A DNA stretch of 64,000 nt from Macrostomum lignano (taxonomy: Eukaryota): contig NIVC01000082.1 of assembly GCA_002269645.1 (NCBI GenBank), positions 62,001-126,000 on the forward strand. Direction: 5' to 3'. The translations under genes were made by a program, and so were the position numbers. The notes beneath the pieces are model-generated. The model did no database searches. It was not told the DNA's origin and saw nothing but the letters and a program-made list of their open reading frames with translations. Shown here piece after piece: positions 1 through 18,527 of this stretch. Positions within the stretch are counted from its first letter, which is position 1. Every line of letters starts with the position of its first letter.

Positions 1-150
1 GTGCTCCAATGTGACTCAGTGTTAGCTACACTGCTCCAAAGTGACTCAGTGTTAGCTACAGTGCTCCAATGTGACTCAGTGTTAGCTACACTGCTCCAAA
101 GTGACTCAGTGTTAGCTACAGTGCTCCAAAGCGACTCAGTGTTAGCTACA
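1..150. repeat. 30-bp tandem repeat, 5 copies (truncated by window edge)
   Basis: Unit (G/C)TGCTCCAA(T/A)GTGACTCAGTGTTAGCTACA read directly. Confidence 0.95.
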
Positions 151-445
151 GTATTAAACCTTTTAGTCGCAAAATTATCGTTTTCCGATGTATTTTGAAG
201 AAACAAAATTTAGGTTCCCAACCACCGAAAAATTTGCTTTTTTTATCATGCACGAGCGTCCACCAGACATGCAGGCAATTTATCACCGTCTCGGCTGGGC
301 AGTGCTTGTGGTTAGATGATCAGCTTCTACGCCAACTAGAAATATTCTGGAAAATTGAGTAACACTTGGATAGTTATTGAGGTCTTGGTACGACTAACCC
401 TGAATCTTCAGGGGTCCCTGAAGATCAGAGTCGTACCTGACCCTG

Positions 446-827
446 AATCTTCAGGGATCGCTACCGCTAGCCCCCGATTCTTCAGGGGTTGCTACCGCTA
501 TCCTCCGATTCTTCAGGGGTCGCTACCGCTAGCCTCCGATACTTCAGGGGTTGCTACCGCTATCCTCCGATACTTCAGGGGTTGCTACCGCTATCCTCCG
601 ATTCTTCAGGGGTTGCTACCGCTATCCTCCAATACTTCAGGGGTTGCTACCGCTATCCTCCGATTCTTCAGGGGTCGCTACCGCTATCCTCCGATTCTTC
701 AGGGGTTGCTACCGCTATCCTCCGATTCTTCAGGGGTTGCTACCGCTAATCCCCGATTCTTCGGGGGTTGCTACCGCTATTCTCCGATTCTTCAGGGGTC
801 GCTACCGCTATCCTCCGATTCTTCAGG
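446..827. repeat. 31-bp minisatellite, ~12 copies
   Basis: Unit CTTCAGGGGTTGCTACCGCTATCCTCCGATT. Confidence 0.95.
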
Positions 828-1292
828 AACTCACTTCTTGTCGTCCATTGATCCTGTATCAGACTCTGGCCCGGCTGAGTCTGGTAGAAGCATAGGTCAA
901 TAAAATATGCTACGGAATTAATATAACAAATGAGCGGCTAATGATGTTTGAAAGCAAAACAAGAAAAAATAGACATTTTCACCTGGCTCTTTTAACAAGC
1001 CTTCGGGAGCCGCAGCGGAGAAGTGAAAGCAGCTGCTGGTCAGCAGGACGGACACTGCAACATTTACGGATTTGGTGCGATTTATATAAGGATTATTAGT
1101 GATTCAGAGTCTTTAGGGCGAAGTGTTTTGCTACAAGTGTGGCAAGTGCTGTTTTTCATCAGTCAAGTTAATAATCTAGCCATGAAGCTGTGAATTCGCA
1201 TAAACTGTAGCGAGCCTGCTTTCTACAAAGAAATGCCTGTATGAACCCTTGTTGCAATCTTGATGGAATTATCAACTTGGTTGTCTTTTTTT

Positions 1293-1400
1293 GTCTATGG
1301 CCGAGTGTCTATGGCTGAGTGTCTATGGTCGAGAGTGTCTAGTATGGCTGAGTTTCTATACCCGAGTGCCTATGACGGTTCCCACGGCCGAGTACCTATG
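1293..1400. repeat. Degenerate 14-bp repeat, block 1
   Basis: GTGTCTATGGCCGA-type units; same motif as block 2 at 2157-2505. Confidence 0.8.
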
Positions 1401-2156
1401 ACCATTTTGAGACAAAGGAGAGCGGCGCTCAAGTACTTGCACGACCATATGCGCTCGCATGATACCTGTAGGTCATGTCACTTACCAAGCAGAAACAGAA
1501 CAAGATGCCGCATTGTTGCTTTATTTACGGATGTCGGTAAAAAATTCCTTTAAAATTCGCAAATGAGCGCTGCACGAGAGAAAGAAAAACCTTCAACGCT
1601 AGCAAGCTTTACATGCATTTTGAGGCGTCAAATAAATTTGACTTCCGACATGGACAGCATGGCTTTCTCCTGTTGTCAACCAGATGTTGGCCAGGCAATT
1701 TGACACCTCTACCGTCATTTTACATGTGCACACGCGGCACTGCTCAACCATTAATGTCAAGTTTGTTTGTCAAGGTTAGTCCCAAACTTGAGAGCTGAGC
1801 TTGTAACTTGAGCGCAGTCAGCTGTTCAACGACCCTCTGGGGTCGGATGTCTAGTCCCCAAGTCTCGATTGCGGACACAGATTTTTCGACACTTTTCATA
1901 GAATTGCTATTTCAACATGTTTTCTTACATGTTGCTGCTTGTAAGGACCAATCTTGAGCACATGCTCATGAATGATACGTAACGAACAGGTAAACACAAC
2001 TTCCGTGCTTCATTGGTCGAGAAGCGCTAGTCACTCCGCGTCCGGCTGGCTCACGAGCTTCAACGATTTTAACGATGCGAAACTTCCAGCTTGTAGAAGT
2101 TTCACTTTCTTACTGAAAGTAATATGCGAGAGTAAACTCTCAGCATTGTTGCGAAT

Positions 2157-2505
2157 GCCTATGGCTGAGTGTCTGACTCTGACAGTGTCTCTGGCCGTGT
2201 GTCTATATGTATATGACCGCGTGTCTATGGCCGTGTCTACATGTATGATCGAATGTCTATGACCGAGTTCCTATGGCCGAGTGCCTATGGCTGAGTATTT
2301 ATGCCCGAGTGCCTATGGCCGAGTGCCTATGGCCGAGTGCCTATGGCCGATTGCCTGCACTATGGCCGAGTGTCTGCACTATGGCCGAGTGTCTATGGCC
2401 GAGTGCCTATGGCCGAGTGTCTACATGTATGACCGAATGTCTATGGCCGAGTGCCTATGGCCGTGTACATATTGCCGAGTTCCTATGGCCGAGTGCCTAC
2501 GGCCG
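2157..2505. repeat. Degenerate 14-bp repeat, block 2
   Basis: GTGCCTATGGCCGA units in the same orientation as block 1. Confidence 0.85.
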
Positions 2506-2705
2506 ATTTTATTTTTCGAAGACATGAAAATTCACTAATTTGAACTTTGAATTGATTTGTGATCCAATTTGCATTGTTGACTACTGACAATCTCAGCTGA
2601 AAAGTAGTTCGTTCGAATTATGTAAAATCTGATAACACCCCGGATGCAGTCAGCCATACGAGGCTCTTAGGAATGACGACTAGAAATTCCACCCAGAACT
2701 CCCGC

Positions 2706-2724
2706 ATTGGCGGGTGGCTATAAA
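2706..2724 (+). promoter_or_regulatory. Candidate core promoter of the ankyrin-TRPM gene (reverse CCAAT, GC box, TATA)
   Basis: ATTGG 2706-2710, GGCGGG 2709-2714 and TATAAA 2719-2724, 76 nt upstream of ATG 2800. Confidence 0.55.
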
Positions 2725-2799
2725 TATCTGCTGCGCTCTTGAAAAAAGCAACTCGGCTATGAAGCAGACCAGACCAAAATTTATTATTCTGGACAAAGC

Positions 2800-9310
<6,511 letters not shown>

Positions 9311-9606
9311 GCTCACTTAGAATCCGTGACATCGGTTTGCGTGCTGATTAACAAAAGTTAGTTAGCTTACTTTGTTCGAAATTTATTTATCTGGCTTAGT
9401 TTACGCATACCTAGCATCTCACCTGCATAGTGACAATTTATTTATCTGCAAATTTTCTCACTGTTTTTTAGACTGAGAGCTAGGCAAGATTTTCAAACAT
9501 TATGTATAAATTCTTTGTTTCTCAGTACACCTACTTGCCTGAAAAATATTTACAATTAGTTGGCTAAAAGAGAGTTTTATATGCTTGTTTCTATCATAAA
9601 ATATTA

Positions 9607-9968
9607 GGGGGGCCGTAGCCCAGCGGTAGCGCAGCTGCTCTGGTGTGCCAGCGACCCAGGCTCGATTCCAAGTGCAGTCACATTAATTTGGGGCTGAATT
9701 GGAATCTCGGCTTGGCTCTGCTCGTGCAATCAACGGCCTTGAGAGCCAACCCCCCAAGGCCCAGTGAAGTGTACAAGCCTAGCGATAAAATAAAGTTAGG
9801 GCCGCTGTACACTCCTGTGTGAGTGTGTGCCTGCGTACGTATCCGCGCGCTTGGATGCCTGCTCAGGGGAGTCGGCGGAGTGGGCAGTAATGCCTCTCGC
9901 CGGTTGTGTGCCCATGTCGCTTAAAGTGCGCCAGGGTGCACAAAACCCCCCTGCCTCCAATAAAAAAA
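9607..9968 (+). mobile_element. tRNA-derived SINE, family A, full length
   Basis: A-box TAGCCCAGCGG 9616-9626, B-box-like GGCTCGATTCC 9659-9669, A-rich tail AATAAAAAAA. A second copy lies on the - strand at 30980-31338. Confidence 0.8.
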
Positions 9969-10527
9969 TCATAAAATATTATATCTGGTCCCTATTCTCA
10001 ACATATAGCAATGTCTCATAATCCATTCTCCACAATTGCCCCCGCAACTCGTGCAGCTTGCTAACGAAGCAGTCATATTTCTCAGAATGCATATATTGTA
10101 GCTAAATATTTCTAATCGCCAAAAATAAAAAGTAACTTCCAACTTTTCGAAGTTTTTTAGCATGACCATTTCAACTTGCCCAAACTATGTGCTTTAATAA
10201 GTAGCGAAAAGCCTGTTTATTACCACTAACTGCCCCGGCTTCTTACAATAAAAATGTTACAACCCACCAGCAACCTGAACTTTTAATCCACCAACGCTTG
10301 GTCGGATAATTTTACTTTCACTTTATTGGCTTCAGTCCCGACCCCGTTTCGCCACTTGGCGCCGTAATAAAATCCTGGATGTGATCTGCGCAGTTTTTAC
10401 GAAGGTGAGAGGTTATGATACGGCCTAAGCTAATGAGGACTATAATATTTGTAGCTGAAATATCTGCGCATCTCTGCCGATATATTTTCCTTCATTTTCT
10501 CTACTGCATCCCATTTCCTTCTCTCCC

Positions 10528-11048
10528 ATCTTCCTTCCACCTCTCACCCATCTCCTTCTCCCCCATGTCCTTCTCCCCCATCTCGGGCCTCTCACCCATC
10601 TCCCTCTCATCCATCTCCCTCTCCCCCATCTCCCTCTCCCCCATCTTCCTCTCCCCCATCTCCCTCTCCCCTATCTTCCTCTCCCCCGTCTCCCTCTCCC
10701 CCATCTCCCTCTCCCCCATGTCCTTCTCCCCCATCTCGGGCCTCTCACCCATCTCCCTCTCATTCATCTCCCTCTCCCCATCTCCTTCTCACCCATCTCC
10801 CTCTCACCCATCTTCCTCTCCCCTATCTCCCTCTCCCCCATCTTCCTCTCCCCCGTCTCCCTCTCCCCCATCTCCCTCTCCCCCATCTCCTTCTCCCCCA
10901 TCTCCCTCTCCCCCGTCTCCCTCTCCCCCATCTCCCTCTCCCCCATCTCCTTCTCCCCCATCTCCCTCTCCCCGTCTCCCTCTCCCCTATCTCCCTCTCA
11001 CCTACATGTATCTTCCTCTCTCCCATCTCCCTCTCTCCCATCTCCCTC
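10528..11048. repeat. 15-bp CCCCATCTCCCTCTC minisatellite
   Basis: Direct reading. Confidence 0.95.
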
Positions 11049-11879
11049 TTTTCATTCCATCGCTTCTTCCTCAAAATGCTGGGATAAGATTGCTAGAAAC
11101 AACCTGGAATCGACCCCTATTTAGAAAAACGAACTTGAACTTACCTACACTGCACTTACGCTCGTACATACCTGAAATACACGAAACTAATCGTAAAACC
11201 CCATAAGACACGTGCAACGCGGCCCTATTCGCAACGCCCGCTGGGGGCAATCAAAAGCGTGTACGCGCGCTCCGTAACCTTTGTTTCGTCGGTATATTGT
11301 ATACCATACACTGTGCAAGTCGGCTGCCGCACTCCCATTAATCAAAGTGTCTGCTTTCTGTTTCGCTTCTTAACGGAGCAACTTTTTGCTTCAACCTTCC
11401 AGAAAAAAGACCAAAGAGAGAGAGATGGGGGAGAGACAGGGAATCTGCTTCCAACGGGAAATCCATGCTATGATCGATGATTGCCCATAAGATACGCTGC
11501 CTGCTCGGGGCTGCCACGCTTTCTAAGAAGTGTTTCACGTTTTCTTTAAAGTTCGCCGCCAGTGTTTGTCCTTTGCGAATTTAGTCTCGCTGGTGGCGGG
11601 TGTCTGTGCGTCCCACCGCTGTCTGACAGATGATACCCTGCGAGCGTTTTGTTTAATCCTCAGCTTAGCCTTACTTTTGCATTGTCAAGCGGCCAGCGGT
11701 TGAAGCGGTTTGTTCTGCAAACATCATCTAAGTGTTGCTTGTGCCTTGCGCCAGGCACTCACCATGCACCATGACCATTGTCAGACTGCTTTGTTTAGAT
11801 GAGTGACGGCTGCTTTTGTCTTATCTCATCTGCTTCCGCTTCTCTTGGGGCTTTCCGGCCGAATTTTGATGCCTACTGA

Positions 11880-12900
11880 CTTCTCTTTTCTCTCTCCTCT
11901 CTCCTCTCCTCTCATCTCTCTTTTCTTTCTCCTCTCTCCTCTCCTCCCCTCTCCTCTCTCTCCTCTCCTTTCCCCTCTCCTCTTCTCTCTCCTCTCCTCT
12001 CTCTCCTCTCTCTCTCCTCTCTCCTCGCTCTCTCTCTCACCTCTCCTCTCTCCTCTCTCTCTCTCCTCTCTCTCTTCTCTCCTCTCTCTCCTCTCTCTCC
12101 TCTTCTCTCTCCTCTCTCCTCTCCTCCCCTCTCCTCTCGCTCTCTCTCACCTCTCCTCTCTCCTCTCTCTCTCTCCTCTCTCTCTTCTCTCCTCTCTCTC
12201 CTCTCTCTCCTCTCTCTCCTCTTCTCTCTCCTCTCTCCTCTCCTCCCCTCTCCTCTCTCTCCTCTCCTTTCCCCTCTCCTCTTCTCTCTCCTCTCCTCTC
12301 TCTCCTCTCTCTCTCTCTCCTCTCTCCTCGCTCTCTCTCACCTCTCCTCTCTCTCTCCTCTCTCCTCTCTCTCCTCTCTCTCTCTCCACTCTCTTCTCTT
12401 TTTTCTCCTCTCTCTCTCCTCTCTCTCCTCTCCTTTCCCCTCTCCTCTCCTCTCTCTCCTCTCTCTCTCTCTCTCCTCTCTCTCCTCTCTCTCCTCCCTC
12501 TCCTCTCTCTCCTCTCTCTCTCTCCTCTCTCCTCTCCCCCCTCTCTCTCTTTCCTCTCATCTCTCTCCTCTCTTCTCTCCTCTCTCTCTCCACTCTCTTC
12601 TCTTTTCTCTCCTCTCTCTCCTCTTTCTCCTCTCTCTCCTCTCTCTCTCTCTCCTCTCTCTCCTCTCTCCTCTCCCCCTCTCTCTCTTTCCTCTCATCTC
12701 TCTCCTCTCTTCTCTCCTCTCTCTCTCCACTCTCTTCTCTTTTCTCTCCTCTCTCGTTTTTCCTCCATCTTCTCTCTCTCTCTTCTTTCTCCTCTCTTCT
12801 CTCTCCTATCTCCCCTCTCCGCTCCCAATCTCCTTTTACCCCTCTTCCTTCTCTTTTCTCATCTTCTCTCTCTTTTACGTTCTCTCCTTTACTTTTACCT
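11880..12900. repeat. CT-rich low-complexity tract
   Basis: Direct reading. Confidence 0.97.
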
Positions 12901-13590
12901 CCATAAAAGCTTAGAAGTTCTCTTAGGTTCAAATATGCTTGCAACTCCTCATCCAGTCATTCCCTGTTGCATTTTCTACAGTAGCATTAGCTAAGCATTC
13001 TCTCTTTTAGTTGGTAAATCGCTACCTCGGCTTACCGCTGCTTTTTTTGCCATTGTAAATTTTGTTCGACCCAGAAAAGCATCAGATTTATGGGATCCTT
13101 TGTTATACCGCGCCATCTTAGAAGCTCCTCGAACGGAAAGGTCAACCTTTGACTTTTATACTAAAGCCTTTTCCGTTCCGCCAACAAAGTTTTACTTTGC
13201 AAAATAGTCTTCTCTGCTTATTACATTATCGAGGCTCCGACAGTTGTAAATCGGTGTCTCGGGCCCTTGGAGATGCGCGGTCCGGAATTTATTGGTGCAG
13301 AAACAGCGGGCACTGCACGCACACGCGCAGCTGTCACAACTGATTCCTCAGGGTAATTTATCTTTTCAGCTTACTGTACTAAGGAAAATGTACTGACTGC
13401 CTGTTCAATGGATTGCAGCCCATAGTTGCTAGGCTAAAGTTCAAGTTGCGTCTGTCCAGCCTCTTGTAATGTAGGGCACACCGCTTCATCTTGTTGCGTC
13501 GGTAAAAATGTAGACGAGATTTTCTAAGAACGCGTACGATCCAATTGTTGAATTCTAATTCTGTACTATTAAATGTAGCTTATGTATAGC

Positions 13591-13804
13591 GTTGTTATGC
13601 AACCAGAAATTTAGATCCGGTATCTATGGTAAATATCACGGTTGCTATGCAACAGCGTAGCTTAAAAATTAGGGGTAAATATCACGGTTGCTATGCAACT
13701 GCGTAGTTTAAAAATTAGGTATCTAGGGTAAATATCACGGTTGCTATGCAACTGAATAGCTTGTAGAATCGTATCTAAGGTAAATATCACGGTTGCTAGG
13801 CAAC
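13591..13804. repeat. ~50-bp degenerate repeat, 5 units, each carrying a GTTGCTATGCAAC-type palindrome
   Basis: Motifs at 13591, 13641, 13687, 13740 and 13792; the last four are preceded by GGTAAATATCACG. Confidence 0.85.
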
Positions 13805-14298
13805 TGCATGGTTTATAGATTCTGTACCTAAGGCCGAGTATGGAGTGCTACTTGGAATAAGCCTGGATCCAGAGATGAAATCGGTTATATAGTATAAAAG
13901 ATAGTATCTCTTTATCATTGTTTTCGTTAGGCTCGAAGCAAAAGTACTTATATGGAAATAGTAGTAATATATAAAAGAGTTATTTATGTAACTAGAAATA
14001 TTTTAGAATTGAAAATTTTACATGCAGGTAACAGCTATACGAGCTAGTTATTCAGGTGTTAAAGTAATAAACAATTAAGAGAACAAAATTAGTTTGAGAG
14101 CAAAATTATAGTCTAAATTTAGTTAACAAGAATTTAGTTACTTTCAGATTGACATTCAACTTAAACAAAAATCTTTGGGAGCAAAGGTACTCCTTTCCAG
14201 ACAGTAAAACTATTTTGAAAAGATCTGCACTTTTTCAGGAAATAAAGTCACTTTCATTTTTAAATCATTAATGACCATTTTCATCAGGGTGTGATCAT

Positions 14299-15495
14299 CA
14301 CACTCTTAAGGAAGGATAATCACACTCTTCAGGAAGGATAATCACACTCTTCAGGAAGGATAATCACACTCTTCAGGAAGGATAGTCACACTCTTCAGGA
14401 AGGATAGTCACACTCTTCAGGAAGCATAGTCACACTCTTCAGGAAGGATAGTCACACTCTTCAGGAAGGATAATCACACTCTTCAGGAAGCATAGTCACA
14501 CTCTTCAGGATGAATAGTCACACTCTTCAGGAAGGATAATCACACTCTTCAGGATGAATAGTCACACTCTTCAGGAAGGATAGTCACACTCTTCAGGAAG
14601 CATAATCACACTCTTCAGGATGAATAGTCACACTCTTCAGGAAGCATAATCACACTCTTCAGGATGAATAGTCACACTCTTCAGGAAGCATAGTCACACT
14701 CTTCAGGAAGGATAGTCACACTCTTCAGGAAGGATAATCACACTCTTCAGGATGAATAGTCACACTCTTCAGGAAGCATAATCACACTCTTCAGGATGAA
14801 TAGTCACACTCTTCAGGAAGCATAATCACACTCTTCAGGATGAATAGTCACACTCTTCAGGAAGCATAATCACACTCTTCAGGATGAATAGTCACACTCT
14901 TCAGGAAGCATAATCACACTCTTCAGGAAGGATAGTCACACTCTTCAGGAAGGATAGTCACACTCTTCAGGAAGGATAATCACACTCTTCAGGATGAATA
15001 GTCACACTCTTCAGGAAGGATAGTCACACTCTTCAGGAAGGATAATCACACTCTTCAGGATGAATAGTCACACTCTTCAGGAAGCATAGTCACACTCTTC
15101 AGGAAGGATAGTCACACTCTTCAGGAAGGATAATCACACTCTTCAGGATGAATAGTCACACTCTTCAGGAAGCATAATCACACTCTTCAGGATGAATAGT
15201 CACACTCTTCAGGAAGCATAATCACACTCTTCAGGATGAATAGTCACACTCTTCAGGAAGCATAATCACACTCTTCAGGATGAATAGTCACACTCTTCAG
15301 GAAGCATAATCACACTCTTCAGGAAGGATAGTCACACTCTTCAGGAAGGATAGTCACACTCTTCAGGAAGGATAATCACACTCTTCAGGATGAATAGTCA
15401 CACTCTTCAGGAAGGATAGTCACACTCTTCAGGAAGGATAATCACACTCTTCAGGATGAATAGTCACACTCTTCAGGAAAGATAAACACAATTTT
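14299..15495. repeat. 22-bp minisatellite with an exact 18-unit higher-order duplication
   Basis: Unit CACACTCTTCAGGAAGGATAGT and variants; 14673-15068 equals 15069-15464. Confidence 0.95.
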
Positions 15496-15653
15496 CAGGA
15501 AGGATAATCGCTAAAATTCACAGTAATTTTGTGTTTCCGTCAAAAAACCGTCATCAAAAACATTGCAGAACGCAATTGCTCTTTTTAAAAAGCGGATTAG
15601 CAACAAGTAAAAATTCAGTTGCTTGACTGAAGCTCAGTTTAAACAGGCATTTT

Positions 15654-16352
15654 TTACTTGAGCATCTGGCCCAACTGCTCAAGGTACGGGTTTCGCAACT
15701 TCTGCTGCTGTGGCGTTTGCTCGTCCAGCTTCCTTGGAGCCTTCATCGGCGGCGGCTCAGCCTCCTCCTCCTTCACATCCTTCTGCTGCCAAGACTTGCC
15801 TCCGGGTGGGGCAACTGGAAACTCGCGCAGCTCGTGCTGACCGCCGAAGGAATCCGACGAAGCCTCCAGACTGTCGGCGCTCGGCGCCACTTTGCCGCCA
15901 CGCTGGTCGGCGCTTCGACGACACGACAGCGACTTGCAGGCGGCGACACCGCCGCAAAGCAGGATGAAGACCAGCGGAGTGCCGAAGAAGCTGACCACGG
16001 TGGCGAACACGGGGATCGGCATCCCCAGGATTCGATCATCATCGGCTGCTGGGACGCCGCTGTCTGCAGCACCGCCTGCAGTTGTTGCCGAATTTGCAGT
16101 GCTGGTAGCCGCTGTCACTGAAGCAGATTCGGTGGCGTCGGTTGACCAGTTCGAGGCGTGAGTTGTTGAACCGATTTCAGCTGTCGCAGTTGCATTGTCG
16201 TTGCTTGGAGACTGTGATGTGGCATTAATAACTGCCGGCTGCTCACTGGCTGTTTGAGCAGATGCAACTGGGTAGCAACTGCCGCGGATCAATAGCAGGA
16301 TTAACAGCCGATCTGCGAATTCCAACGCTTGCATGTTGAACCCAGCAGACAA
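15654..16352 (-). CDS. Single-exon type I membrane protein with Ser/Thr/Ala-rich ectodomain, up to 232 aa
   Basis: Uninterrupted non-repetitive ORF. Hydrophobic leader LLILLLIRGSCYPVASA, NAT/NAS/NWS sequons, one TM segment (ILGMPIPVFATVVSFFGTPLVFILLCGGVAAC), charged tail. The start could be the second Met (MQALEF). No family recognised. Confidence 0.7.
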   Translation of the reverse strand: MSAGFNMQALEFADRLLILLLIRGSCYPVASAQTASEQPAVINATSQSPSNDNATATAEIGSTTHASNWSTDATESASVTAATSTANSATTAGGAADSGVPAADDDRILGMPIPVFATVVSFFGTPLVFILLCGGVAACKSLSCRRSADQRGGKVAPSADSLEASSDSFGGQHELREFPVAPPGGKSWQQKDVKEEEAEPPPMKAPRKLDEQTPQQQKLRNPYLEQLGQMLK

Positions 16353-16764
16353 CTCTCGGCAACCTTGAGTTTACCATCAAGCAGTTCTTCATAGCCAGTG
16401 TTTAAATTGTTAATTTTCCAAACTCTAAATTTTCCCCATAGCAACCCGCGGTTGCTAACGCAGGCTTAGGATTTTTTTGTGGAGAGGCGACAATTGAAGC
16501 TCTCAGTGGAACACCTTCACGGCTGCGTGGGTTCTTGAGTTAATAATTTATTGGACACCTAATGAGCTCTTTAATCTGTTAGGAGTTCTATTGTTTGATA
16601 TGGGGATTTGAGCACTGCGCTGAGCACACTGAGGCTATTGCAGCCTTCAGATTTTTTTATATTTGTCCTTAAAATATTTACTAATTGAAAACTCTTATGG
16701 TAGAAATCTCGTCCTTTTGACAATCTCACACCTGAAAATTTCACCCATTAGAATATCCTGTCCT

Positions 16765-17345
16765 TGAGAATCTGACCCATTAGAATACCCGGTCTTTGAG
16801 AATCTGACCCATTAGAATACCCGGTCCTTGAGAATCTGACCCATTAGAATACCCGGTCCTTGAGAATCTGACCCATTAGAATACCCGGTCCTTGAGAATC
16901 TCACCCATTAGAATACCCGGTCCTTGAGAATCTGACCCATTAGAATACCCGGTCCTTGAGAATCTGACCCATTAGAATACCCGGTCCTTGAGAATCTGAC
17001 CCATTAGAATACCCGGTCCTTGAGAATCTGACCCATTAGAATACCCGGTCCTTGAGAATCTGACCCATTAGAATACCCGGTCCTTGAGAATCTGACCCAT
17101 TAGAATACCCGGTCCTTGAGAATCTCACCCATTAGAATATCCGGTCCTTGAGAATCTCACCCATTAGAATACCCGGTCCTTGAGAATCTCACCTACTAGA
17201 ATATCCGGTCCTTGAGAATCTCACCCATTAGAATATCCGGTCCTTGAGAATCTCACCCATCAGCTAGAATCTCACCCCTGAGAATCTTACCCTGAGAATC
17301 TCACACCTGAGAATTTCACCCTGAGAATCTCACCGAGAATCTTAC
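16765..17345. repeat. 32-bp minisatellite decaying into GAGAATCTCACC units
   Basis: Unit GAGAATCTGACCCATTAGAATACCCGGTCCTT. Confidence 0.95.
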
Positions 17346-17420
17346 TCCTCTAAGTCTCATCATTAGGAGTCTAACGTATGAGAATCTCAACTTTAAAAAT
17401 CTCACCTCTCAATTCTTTAT

Positions 17421-17711
17421 CACACCTGCCCTAAAGGCCAGATGTGCAACCACACCGCGCTCAGCCGCAGCTATTGCGCGGCGCATCTGAAGACTGCGTA
17501 CGGCTGTTCAGTCCAAGGACGGGGGGGGTCGCCACACACAGCCTCAATTACACCAGCTAATGCTGGCACCCATTTTACAGCTGGGTGAACTGAAGCAATG
17601 CAGAGTTAAGTGTCTTGCTTAGGGACAAAAATTGTTCCGAGTGGATTAAGAATCGAACTCCCGGCCTTCAAGTCGTGAGTCCGATGCTCTGACCACTGGG
17701 CTACAACCCCC
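17421..17711 (-). mobile_element. tRNA-derived CORE-like SINE, family B
   Basis: The reverse strand begins GGGGTTGTAGCCCAGTGGTCAGAGC (A box), then GAGTTCGATTC (B box) and a CORE-like block GCAAGACACTTAACTCTGCATTGCTTCAGTTCACCCAGCTGTAAAATGGG. Confidence 0.85.
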
Positions 17712-18527
17712 TTTTGCCCAAGAATTCCTATGAGTCGATTAAATAAGCTTACAGAGCTAGATGCCCTACAAAATCCACTCAGGTATTTATTCGGTTTATT
17801 TAAAAAATGCTAAACATTGTTATCGTCATAAAAATCACAATTTTTCTAGTACCAGCTGAAGTGGCCGGAGTCTCCCATATGATCTATTTTATAGTTTTAT
17901 GCCACACAAAAGGGTTATTAACCCTAACCCGAAAGTTCCCGGACAAGAACTCGATCCGGGCACACTACTGGGGCAAGTAAATCTTTTCTTATCTGCAGTC
18001 GCGGCAGAAATGATTCATATTTTTTGGAATCGAATCACTTTGACTAATCTGCTTCTATGACTTCCCTGCGCTCGTTACCCAACGTACCTGTTGGCCTCGG
18101 TTGTACTAGGTTAAGGTAATCAGATTTTATGACAGCCATAAATTTCAGGTGAATTGGGGCCTCTTGGCCTGTACCAGCAACCTCTGAAGAACTGCATACT
18201 TCGAAGTATAAACCTTTGACTGGACCCATCAGCTTATAAGTTCTAGGAAATGTTCAGCAATAAAAGTACACATTGATTTGCGGAACATTTGTGCGCAAAA
18301 TAACGCTTGAAGCTAACTTGATAATTTATGGCAATTTTTACGATACAAATGATCGAATTCTGTTTTGATTTCACACAAAATTTACGGTAATTTAAAAATT
18401 CTTTAAAAAATCTTAATTATACTACTGACCAAAGTAGAATTCAGGAAAATAGTTTGTATTTTGTACAACAATTTGTTTCATTGAAAATTTACGAGCCGTA
18501 AAATTTGTAACAAAATAGAGTGATAAT

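Noticed and set aside
11340-13400. Coding-like - strand sequence around the CT tract (possible gene or LINE remnant)
   Set aside because: Multiple stops in every frame and no recognisable domain, so I cannot support a call.
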